Positions 12,001-21,600 of a DNA stretch of 64,000 bases are shown one piece after another (position 1 is the first letter of the stretch; the number at the start of each line of letters is the position of its first letter). A program made the translations under genes and the position numbers. The DNA lies in contig MEDY01000071.1 of NCBI GenBank assembly GCA_001724265.1, positions 1-64,000 on the forward strand, given 5' to 3'. The DNA comes from Rhizaria sp. SCN 62-66 (taxonomy: Eukaryota). The notes beneath the pieces are model-generated. The model was not told the DNA's origin, did no database searches, and was given only the letters and a program-made list of their open reading frames with translations.

Positions 12001-12689
12001 CAGCTCAGACTGTGCGGAAATTCTATGCTGGGCTCGTTGAAGTTCGTGAGAGTGCAACCGCACTCTCGGCCTTTGGCGCCCGCGTCCTTCAGCTGTGGAA
12101 GAGCGCAAACACCAACACCACGCAAGCGAGCTCGAGTCCCAGCGGTACCAGCATGCTTGCGCCCTTCTTGCCAATCGCAACCACAGGCGTCCACGCGGGT
12201 GTTGCTTCTCTGGAGACGGGCACAGGCGCCGCTGCCGCAGCTGCGGTTGCATCTGAGGGCACTCGTGCACTGTGGCGTGCTGTTGGCGCTCTCGCACGCA
12301 CCGGCGCCTACGGGACGCAACTTCTCGCCCAACGCATGTGCGTGACTGACCCGATTGTCGGCGCGCATGCTGTAGTCTCTACGCAAAGTGAGGCTCCGGT
12401 CGACGGAGCCGCAGGCGATACAACTGTCAGCGGGGCGATCGTGGGCCGTCTCGTGGGCGCGCTGACTGCGGCTGCAGTGCGCGAGTGTGTTGCTGCCGAT
12501 GCTGCCGCGATCCTGGCATACTCCAAGAGCTTGCCTCCGAGCGAGCGTGTGCGCGCGCTTATGAGTGGAGATGTGACAGGATATTTTGTACACACAGCGA
12601 CATCAGCGCTGGCATGGACTGATGACCATGCGGGCGAATTTGTGGGCGACGTAAAGAAGGAATGGCCTATCGCCCACGAAAACCAATGA
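9036..12689 (+). CDS. RUS1/DUF647 (root UVB sensitive) family protein with large low-complexity insertions
   Basis: Motifs YLHYSAWTFASNV...VLSLQALLSAV, LSWVAKDLLGQLGGI, LDADAKRHR and NLGDVTAKASAQ. The Arg/Ser/Thr-rich N-terminus looks like a mitochondrial presequence. Stop is TGA. Confidence 0.85.
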   Translation: MLGARRRLTAVARTRLPQQPSTRRHITSATPTSATATLSSVVLPRVPTEDDRAAVHALHRLVCASSAAAAAREDYMAQLRTRPLTVSSPHGGCSQSSEAARAAAGSGMSFTRLGSWRMQFADLPLVFTTCSSVNMRGVGDGSGGGRDTTALVPGGIDPGHAATAVDDCGQADMFTERVVPALPSGLTLHVESQSPSQHLSASSLTPQSSHPSALSPPVGSPSAPAPSLLSGFSLSGLFEDRYRILTVQRVRCHSSHDANAAQSLTPAGFAALVAERGYLLPPARQDTEAVAASLFTNTGHVSNSNHNTSSESSRRAYLDDSLTVRTGTAGGTLEAWTVLPPQSVDAGVELTLRLYRPSRAQRARWLARALVVVPAAALALPPLLPAVMSKELAALQRYEAHTASLAVASLPLVTPAKLSIHGATADAAAAHGTGSASAHASAHASASVRAPVPALSPHYLHYSAWTFASNVGGAAAGVLSLQALLSAVTKLTTVASNNSAARTSENGGDASTVTTDASSTAASSSPPAADLTAAENVLRATAGSLDAAAIDASSALDSASAADAVIAVAADLAAVAPVSSATAAASAAAAAAAAATLSWVAKDLLGQLGGIALVARTARADALDADAKRHRVRANAVYAVASLFEVFTPLFPAHFVALAAAGNVGKNLSWLTTAATKAAAHMAFTAATRGANLGDVTAKASAQATAAGVAGTVLGACVAYFATVSSALLTVVPEVAGAGAVQWQPLLPALLCFTALSSVSLLAAVEAMAVVGLPALTRQRADLLARVFVRNADAPRSGMRSAARGRVHSALAVADVGRLENFILPYLPHSAHAVGISYDVVASGSATTAKPSSTSNGSVTMTKSFSMGTGIAPVQVTLIVTPSKRFLSAVTVTNNADASDAPSQSMQALARALLTPERTPARMMRCMLTGQRASTGSEQAPSATNASSQTASTSDRPAEGPGTGRVSSATEGGTRTDASAGTQPAYGPAAQTVRKFYAGLVEVRESATALSAFGARVLQLWKSANTNTTQASSSPSGTSMLAPFLPIATTGVHAGVASLETGTGAAAAAAVASEGTRALWRAVGALARTGAYGTQLLAQRMCVTDPIVGAHAVVSTQSEAPVDGAAGDTTVSGAIVGRLVGALTAAAVRECVAADAAAILAYSKSLPPSERVRALMSGDVTGYFVHTATSALAWTDDHAGEFVGDVKKEWPIAHENQ

Positions 12690-13616
12690 GATTTCTCACA
12701 CATTTAGGTTTGCACCTGCTACATATTATTGTTAAATTAGTTGTGTATATCCATTTACGTACCATAAATCAGTGGCATATTTAAAATCCACGCTATATTC
12801 CTGTCGAATTCTTCTCTAGAGGTTGTAGTCAACGCACACAATGCTACGCCCTGCGTTTCAAGAGACTTATCAAACAGCTCTCGCAACATGATGGTTCATA
12901 TCGCAGAGACAATTACGTATGGCGGTACTAGAATACGTATCCGCGAACACAGCTATTTGAGTATTTTCCAACCAATTTTTGTCTCAGATGGCGCAGGGAT
13001 GACACTGAACAATCACACCGTAGCGAAGACTTACGAGGCTCCTGATTTGCAGGATATAAAATCAAGGTTAGAAATCAATTCAACAATGATGGCACAGATC
13101 AAGCAGAGTCGGTAAAAAGAAATGTCACAAAATGCACATAAGATGGTGTTTTCAATGTGATATGCATGTTTTTGTAATCCAACCACGAGCGCTGGCGGAC
13201 TTTGAACACCTGTGTTCCCGAACCATGGAAAGGCGCGAGGCTCCACGTCAGGGCGGCAACGCTTTAGGTGAGATGTGATTTGACCATATTCCCGCGTTGA
13301 TGCAAATGTGTATTTGAGTGTTTCCGTTTTAAGAGCCAGGTGTCAGTATTGTGTCAATTTGATGCCGGTGGTTGACCCTGTCAAACGCGCAATATCGGCC
13401 TGGATTTTGCATGCGATGTCCGGCCCACTCATCACTTGCATCTTGGATGGATCCTTGACTTTACTCATTGACACCTGGGTTTCTCTACCTTGCTCTGTGC
13501 TTTTCCGGGGGTATGCTTGCGTGCGAATGTTGGTTTATCAATAGGCAGCACGGGCAGACTCACGGAACAAGCTTCGTGTGTTTGTTTTGGATTGCTTGTG
13601 TGTCAACCAACCTTAA

Positions 13617-15239
13617 ATGCTTGCACTTGGCAGGACTCTCAGTTCTAAGCTCTTCCGTACCCCTGCGCGCTTCGCTGCGGCTGCTTCTTTGACTTCCGCT
13701 TCTTCCTTAATTGGCTATAGGCACATGTCTACTCTTCCCGAGTACGACCTGGCCGTGATCGGTGGTGGCTCTGGCGGCATGGCAGCCGCCAAGGAGGCCG
13801 CCGCTCTCGGCGCCAAGGTCGTTCTCTTCGACTATGTCAAGCCCTCGAACCAGGGTACCACCTGGGGTCTTGGCGGTACATGCGTTAACGTCGGCTGCGT
13901 TCCCAAGAAGCTTATGCACTACGCTGCCGGCATCGGCCACCAGCTGCACCACGATGCAGAGAAGTATGGCTTCGAGTTCGGCGACAAGCCCCCCACGTTC
14001 AAGTGGGACAAGCTGGTTGAGACTGTCCAGAACCACATCCGTAAGCTCAACTTCGGCTACAAGAACGGTCTCCGTTCCGCCAAGGTTCAGTACATCAACT
14101 CCCTCGCTGCGTTTGAGGATGCTAACACCCTGTCCTACACCCTCAAGGGCAAGGAGGAGCGTCTCTCGGCCAAGAAGGTCCTCATCGCCACCGGCGGCCG
14201 CCCCGTGATCCCCGCCGACGTGCAGGGCGCCACTGAGCTCGCCATCACCTCCGACGACCTCTTCTCGCTCGAGCGCGCCCCCGGCAAGACCCTCGTCGTC
14301 GGTGCCTCGTACATCGCCCTCGAATGCGCCGGCCTGCTCACCTCGCTGGGCTTCGACACCCACGTCGCCGTGCGCTCTATCTTGCTCCGCGGCTTCGACC
14401 GCCAGTGCGCGGACAAGATCGGCGAGATGATGCGTCTTACGGGCACGCGCTTCCACCAGAAGCTTCCCACGAAGATGGACAAGACCGCGGATGGCCGCAT
14501 CGGCGTCGTCTTTTCCGACGGCTCCACCGACGCCTTCGACACCGTGCTCTACGCCACGGGCCGCTACGCCGACACGCAGAAGATCGGCCTCGACAAGGCC
14601 GGTGTGACTGCGCAGGCCGATGGCAAGTTCATTGTCAACGACCAGGAGCAGACCAACGTCCCCTCTGTCTACGCCATCGGCGACATCCTCAAGGGCCGCC
14701 CCGAGCTCACCCCGGTCGCGATCAAGACCGGCGAGCTGCTCGCGCGCCGTCTCTTTGGCGGCGCCTCGGCCAAGATGGACTGGAACCTGATCCCCACGAC
14801 GGTCTTCACGCCCGTCGAGTACGGCGCTATCGGCCTCTCCGAGGAGGACGCGATCCAGACTCACGGCGCGGAGAACGTCGAGACGTACCTCTGGGAGTTC
14901 ACCACTCTCGAGCACGCCGCGGCGCACCGCGAGAAGGTTAAGTGGGAGTGCGCGGACGAGTTCGACGTCGACATGCCCGCGTCGTGCCTCTGCAAGCTCG
15001 TCACGCTCAAGAACGAGGGCGAGCGCGTCATCGGCTTCCACTTCGTCGGCCCGAACGCCGGCGAGGTGACGCAGGGTTTCGCGGTTGCCATGCGCGCTGG
15101 CGCCACTAAGAAGCACTTCGACGATACCGTGGGCATCCACCCCACGGACGCCGAGGCGTTTGTCACGATGGCCGTCACCCGGTCGTCCGGTCTCGACTTC
15201 GTCGCGGCCGGCGGCTGTGGTGGCGGCAAGTGCGGGTAA
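13617..15239 (+). CDS. TrxR: High-molecular-weight thioredoxin reductase with C-terminal CGGGKCG (Cys, not Sec)
   Basis: GGGSGG FAD motif, CVNVGC redox centre, GASYIALEC, IHPT and terminal GCGGGKCG. Presequence-like first 36 aa, with a second Met at 13725. Confidence 0.97.
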   Translation: MLALGRTLSSKLFRTPARFAAAASLTSASSLIGYRHMSTLPEYDLAVIGGGSGGMAAAKEAAALGAKVVLFDYVKPSNQGTTWGLGGTCVNVGCVPKKLMHYAAGIGHQLHHDAEKYGFEFGDKPPTFKWDKLVETVQNHIRKLNFGYKNGLRSAKVQYINSLAAFEDANTLSYTLKGKEERLSAKKVLIATGGRPVIPADVQGATELAITSDDLFSLERAPGKTLVVGASYIALECAGLLTSLGFDTHVAVRSILLRGFDRQCADKIGEMMRLTGTRFHQKLPTKMDKTADGRIGVVFSDGSTDAFDTVLYATGRYADTQKIGLDKAGVTAQADGKFIVNDQEQTNVPSVYAIGDILKGRPELTPVAIKTGELLARRLFGGASAKMDWNLIPTTVFTPVEYGAIGLSEEDAIQTHGAENVETYLWEFTTLEHAAAHREKVKWECADEFDVDMPASCLCKLVTLKNEGERVIGFHFVGPNAGEVTQGFAVAMRAGATKKHFDDTVGIHPTDAEAFVTMAVTRSSGLDFVAAGGCGGGKCG

Positions 15240-15657
15240 CCCCGCAAGCCCCCCTGAGTGTGAAACTATTGCAACTGCGATTGCTGAGGCAGATGATGAA
15301 GATCTCGCTAAGGTTAAGTCGCTTGTTGCCAACTTATGAGTGAGGACTGCGTTCGCTATGCAAAATGAAACACAGTTGGTTTTATTCAATGTTGCTTATA
15401 TGCATTGCGTCTGTCAAGCTATAATAATACAGAACTTAATTACAGAGCCCAAGAATCAATATCAGTTCGTTCAATATCATTTCGTTATCATTTCGTAGGT
15501 TCAATTTGACTTATTTTGAAGATCTAGCATTTTGTATTAACCTAAGTTGAACACTTCTTGTGAAGCTTGACTAATGTATCTGATTCTTGAATACGTAACA
15601 AATTTAGCGCAAATAAATGCATAACTATTGTTGTGATCACATAAGCCCAATCCTGCG

Positions 15658-18600
15658 TTACTTGGGCTGGCGACTGACGAACTGCGCGTAGTTCCACACA
15701 GTGGGTTGTACGTTGTCATCATTCGCAACACCGCCGACACCAGCTGCTCCAGCTGGCCGTGCGTTCGCGCTTGCCTCGAGCCTGCTACGAAGCCATCCTT
15801 TCGGATCGGCCGCCGCCACTGCGGCCGCCGCAGCCGCATCCCTGGCTCTACCACCACCAGGTGAGAATGAAGCCAGCTTGCTGCTGCCTCCGCTCGCACC
15901 AGCACTACGGGCCGTCTGAGCCCCGCTTGCTGAGCTCGTGGTGACTGCGAGTGCGGCCAGCGATGCCGGCGGATGCGAGGGCGGGCCGCGCGCGGAGGTC
16001 GACAGTGGCACAGTGCGCGTGTGTGGTTGCGTGCGGGGACCGCGGGCGGAGCTGTTGTGCTGTGACGTCGCAGGGGCGTCTGAAAATGGGCTAAAGGAGC
16101 TTGGTGCAACACGCTCGCAAAAAGGTGCCACAACTGCGCCACTTTGCTGTTGTTGCTGTTGCTGTTGCTGAAACTGGGGTTGTTGCTGCTGTTGTCGCAC
16201 TGCTGCGCTGCGGCTGATGTTCGGTAACGTTACAGAGCTGCTGTCACCGCTCAGGGGCGCCGTCTGCGCCCATGGATGCGCAATAACTTGAGCAGCTGCT
16301 GCACGTGGATTCGCGCTTCCGCCGAGTGCTCGCGCCATGGCTCCAAAGACATGCCTGCGCCTGCGCGCCTCCCGATCATAAATGTCGCAGTTCTCAGCTA
16401 AAGTCACGACAAGCGCGTCTACGGGCACTGCTGCACTGACTGCACCTGTGAAGGAGAAACGGTCCAACGAGCCCGCAGCGGCAATGCCCGGCGCGTCCTC
16501 GTCCGCAGCCTCGGCGGCACGCGCAGCGGCAGTCTCAGGATCATCACCTGCAGCAAGAGCAACGGCCAGCGCACGCCGACGCGCTGCGGCGCGCAGGAAC
16601 GGATCTGCACGAACCGGCTCGTGCACACCACAGTCAATGCGGGCGCTGGTCGTGTACCGCGCCGTGTTATGACCGCTAGCGGTGTTCACACCCGGGTTTA
16701 TCGTCGATGCTTCGGCCACTGCAGAGGCATCGTGGGGAGATTGGAGCGCGTGGTCAATGTCGCCGTCACGGACGCGCTGAAGGCGTTGCTGTTCTTGAGC
16801 TTGTTGTTCACGTTGCTCCTGTTCGCGCTCGCGGCGAAGTCGCTCCTCGCGCTGCTGCTGTTGCTGACGCTCAAGCTCTGCGCCTTTCCGCGACGCCGCA
16901 AGCCCGCGTGGCTGAGTTGGGGTTGGAGTGCCTCGCGGGGAGCCCGGAACAGCAGGTGCCTGGCCAGAAGCAGTGCTGCCGGGAGCATATGCAAGCGCAA
17001 GCGGGCCACGTGCGTCACCGCCAGTCTGGAAGGAAAGAATACGCGCGCGCGTCGGCGTGTTGCCGCTGCCAGCGGTACCAGTGCCGTTGGCCTTTGATTC
17101 TTCTGCCGCTTGCACGACAGCGGCTGCCATCGCTGCAGCGGTCTCCATCATCGCCGGCGGTGTTGCCACGCGATCAGGCACGGGAGGTGTCGCGCCACGT
17201 CGTGCTGCACCAGCAGCTGCTGCAGCCGCCGCAACAGCAGCCTTTTGCGTGACTGTGATCACCGCGTTTGACGCAATACTGCTGCGGCGCGAACCAGCAC
17301 GGCCACCCACACCGTGGCTCATCAACGGCGCGCCGGAGGACAACAGGTCAATCACGGTGCCAGCACCAACGGCGCCGCGCAACATGGCGCCTGCACCGCC
17401 ACCAACGCCCATCAAGCTGCCCGACGCACGGCCCGACGAGGCTGATGCCGCAGGATCACGCCCGTGGTCCGAGTGCAGAGCACGTTCAAGCAGACTCGTG
17501 TAACGCGTCATACCAGAGCCTTCAGCTGCAGTGGGCGAGGCCGCAGCGGCCGCGTGACTGTGTAGAGCGACGAGGCCAGCGTCTTGTCCGTGGACTGCGT
17601 TGCTCAGAGCAGTTGACGCAGCCACAGTCTCAATGGACGCACTCAGGGTCAGGCCTAACCCAATACTGCCACGCCGCGCACCAGTGCCAGGACCCGCACC
17701 GGCTGAAAAGGCTTCACCACCAGTTACGCTGCCGCGGCGTCCGCTGAGCGGCGGCGCGGGGCCCGAACTCAGTCCGATCCCAGGACCAGGAAGAACAAGA
17801 TCAGTGACGCTGCCGCGGCGCACCGCAGGCGCACCGTGAGGCGCGCCGTCTGCGACTGACCCACGGCGGCCGCCCAGGGTGGGCGACGTCCCACCCGCAC
17901 CGCCAGGCCGGGCATGGCCGGCTGCTGGGGGAACATGTCCGTGTCCGTGGCCCAGTGCTGGACGGCTGCCAAAGCCCGGCGTACCGGGGCGGCCTCCGAG
18001 AGGCGTGTCTGGCCGCGCACGTGTCGCGAGCAAATGGCCAGAAGCAATAAGGGCCTTGTGTGCGGCAGCAGCGATGGCCTGGGCGTCAGCGTGGGGAGAC
18101 GCACCACTCGAACTCGCACCTGCAACAGCGGCGGCAGCACCTGCGGAACCTGGCGCGTCGCGGTTCAGGAGCCTGTTGACGGCGTGCGCGGCGAGAGCTT
18201 CCTCAACTTGCCCGCGCTCAGCGTGCAATAATGCCTCCTGCAGCACAAGCCGCTGCTGACGCGGGTTGAGCAGCGACAGCTTGCGAGCCGTTTCCTCGGC
18301 CAGCTCAGCCGCGGCGCGGACTGCAGTGCGCGTGGCGTCTGAAGCAGGGATACCAGCAACGGCAAGCACGCGGTCGTGCAGGTGCGACAGGTGCGCGTAC
18401 GACAGTGCTTGTAGCAGCATACGGCGAGAGCCCTTAAAGACGCGCAGGAACACTGGCATTGGCAACGCGTACACTCGCACTTGTGGTGTTGCAGCCAACA
18501 CTGTGCACGAGCGCCGCGGCAGCCACGACGGCGGCGGGACACCACGCAGACCTGCAGGTGCAACGTCGGGATCGCGCGGCCGTCCACTACTGCCACCAGG

Positions 18601-21600
18601 TCCTGAGGCGGCACCAGCTGCGGCAGAGGCTGTGTGAAACGTCGAGTGATCGTTAAGGTAAAGCGCATCATGATCATCAACGTCGTCCGCATCGCTATCA
18701 GAACCAACCTGAGCATCCTGATCACTGCTGACGTCGGCACCACTACTTGCGTCGTCACTCTTGTCACCTCCCTTATCGTCATCACCTGAACTGTCAAGTG
18801 GACCTTTTGGAAGTACATCTTTACCTCCAGCTTTGGCACCACGGACGCGGGGCTTTTTTGAGCGGCGTTGACCTTGTTGTTTGCGCGCACGCGCGAGCCT
18901 CTGTCCAGCGCGCGGCCCGTTGGTTTTGTTTGCTAGCTGGGGCGTAAAAAGATGTCCGTAACTAATCGTGGGCACGCCCTTGAGTGCAGAGGCCAGGCGT
19001 TCGCGCTCGCGTTCACGCTCCCGGTCACGGCGCCTCTGTCCGCCAACCGAATCTGACCCTGCAGCAGCCGCGGCTGCTGCTGCCGCGCCTTGTGCAGCGG
19101 CAAGAGTAATATCAGCGGCAGCCTGCCTGGCCAATGCAGCTCCCAGCGAGCCCCCCGGAGCACCCGATCCAGCCTTAGCAGTAGGTGTGATGTCGCCGGC
19201 CAAGGCCTGCAACTCGCGCGAGCCGAACACCGGGGCTAGCTCCTCTGCACTGAACCCGCCCATAGCACCACCGAGACGAGCACTGGCACGCGAGCCGGCC
19301 GTGGCACCCAAGCGGGCGACGCTACCTTGGCGCCTGTGCCCGCGCGGAGCTTGTCCAGGAGAATTATCTAAGCCAGGAGTGCCGAATGCGGTAGACAAGC
19401 GCCGAAGAAGCATTGCAGTCGAGGTGGCCGCCTTACCGCCACCCGTTGCTGCTGCGACTGCAGCTGCGTTGACAAGCTTGCGTTCCTGTCGCTCCTGCCG
19501 GCGGCGCGTGCGGCGTTCAGCATCCACGACATCCAACAAGTACGCGTCGGTCCACACAGAGCCAGGAGCTGGGCCCTGGTGCTGCGCGTATTGGCGCAGC
19601 TGCTGCCGGCCGGCGCGGCGGCGCACACGAGCGCCATAGTCGCTGTCATCGTTACTCACGCTGTTGCTGCTGTCATCAGAACTCCGGCCGTCGTTGTCGT
19701 CGTCGTTGTCAGATCGGTCCGCGGCGGCGATTGCACGTCGAGTAGTGCGGCGGCGGGTTTCGGAATCTGAGTTATCGCTCAGATCACTTTCGCCAGTCAG
19801 TAACACACCGGTGCGCCGCCCACCGCGACCCGTCATTGCGCCGCGGCCAGCACCAGTTAGACCACGGCCGAGTCCAGCCCGTACAGTCGATGCGATTAGC
19901 TTGCGAAAAAGCTCAGCACTTGTGCCACCGCCGCCGCCTCCACTCGCTACGGCTGCCAACGCCGCCGCTGCGCCGCGGCATGCGCGTTTGGGCAGACCAG
20001 CCCCCTGAGACGCGCTTGTGAGCATTCGGAACGGACCGGGGCGCAGCGAAGAGGGCATGGGCTGGCCAAATGTGCGGTGGTACTGGCCTGTGTACACGCC
20101 GTGTGCACTACCAGCAGGCTCCTCCTCCTCATCATCGTCACAATTGACTCTAGCACTGTCTGTAGAACCAATTTTCCCGTGCTTGCCACTTTTGCCACGC
20201 GCGTTTATCTTTTTCTTCCCACCCACACCGGCACCGCGCGCTTTAGAGCCAGCGACAGTGGAATGCAACGGGGGCTCAAACGCACTAGGCGGCAGCAAGC
20301 CCTCTTCGTGGCCGAAAAAAGCTCCCGCCTCCAGCCGCAACACAGGGATCTCATACTCAAGTCCGCGCGCCAGCGCCGCAGCTGCAGGGTTTCCAGCTAA
20401 GGCAACAAGCCCTGCGGCGGAGGCGACGCCCATCTCAGACGGTGGAAGCACTTGCGGGGCGTACTTGTTTGCGGAGACGACGTAGCTCAACGAGGCGTGC
20501 TTCGGCATCAAGTCGGCCGTGGCAGCACCAGCGCGAGGAAGCACGCAGGTTCGCACAACAGTGCATGCACCAGAGACGATAAAGTACACCGAGTCTGCCA
20601 CAGCGCCAGGAGCAGAGATAACTTCAGACTGCTTAAACACGAGTTCTTGCAGCGAGTAACGCAGCGAAGCCTGGATGTGAGGATCTAAGATTGTGAAAGG
20701 GTAGTGTTTGCGGATGAACTCGCCGCGCGCCTGCAGAATTGCTGGCGTGGCAGTCCCAGTGCCTCCCAATGCGCCAGCAGCGGCCGTAAAGCCGTCACCA
20801 GCAGCAGTGCGGCCAAGCTCTGCAGCCACAGTCGCGCCGAGCGGCATACTTACCGCAGCTGCCAGCGCAGCACGCGAGGCCAGGTTTGCAGCAGCGCGAA
20901 CGGCGTCTGCGTAGTGCTCGCGGGTGAGCGTGAGGAAAAGACAGTCGTCGAGACAGCGGATCGACGCCGAGCGAATCGCAGTGGCGCCAAGCGATAAGTC
21001 GCCAAACTGCTGGCCCGGCTTGAGCACCGCCATCATATCGCCGAGGTCCGAGTCAATGCCGGCGCTAGGGTGCGATAGCCGCAGCACGACGGGCGCGAGC
21101 ATGGGGTCGAACGCGTCGAGCTGCGAAAGAATCTTCAGCGCGTCGACAGCCGCGGGTGTCGCCAACGAGAGACCGGGGATGACTGCGCCAGCCGCGGCAG
21201 CGTTTGCACTGGCGGCAACGCCAGTGAGACTCGGCATAGGCGTCGCGGTTGATCGCTCCGGCGCAAAGCCAAGCGCGGGAGTCGGATGCAGCGACACGAG
21301 CGCGGGCGTATGAGAGCCTCCGTGGCGACCGCCACCAGGCGTCGGCGCAAACAAGTGGTGCTGGCTGCTGCCGGAGGCGTTGAGCGAACGCCCCGGTCCA
21401 GGGGTGGCAGGCCCCGGGGTCTGTCCGAGCGCGGCCGTGGGGATGGCAGGCGTCGCAAGACGCGAGATAGCGCCTCCGGCGAGCGCGGGCGCAGGTCCGA
21501 ATCCGGATGATGACGTTCCCGTGGAGACGATAAACGAGGGGCGTTTGTTGGGTGTCGCACCGATGACGCCGGAGGCCGGCGCGGAAGGAATCGGTGAGTG

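Noticed and set aside
12888-13115. 75-aa AT-rich ORF in the RUS1-TrxR spacer
   Set aside because: No recognisable motif, and composition unlike the real genes.
13707-15389. 560-aa antisense ORF over TrxR (likewise 60742-63168, 59083-60651, 2479-4536, 27780-29246, 50602-51948)
   Set aside because: Shadow ORFs expected from strong GC codon bias. The opposite strand carries the recognisable proteins.
15237-15420. Selenoprotein TrxR with SECIS
   Set aside because: The redox tail uses two Cys codons and ends in TAA. In-frame readthrough gives only PRKPP then TGA.
18520-20300. Intein as the explanation of the domain inserts
   Set aside because: No Hint-domain motifs or His-Asn/Cys junction seen. 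The inserts are low complexity.
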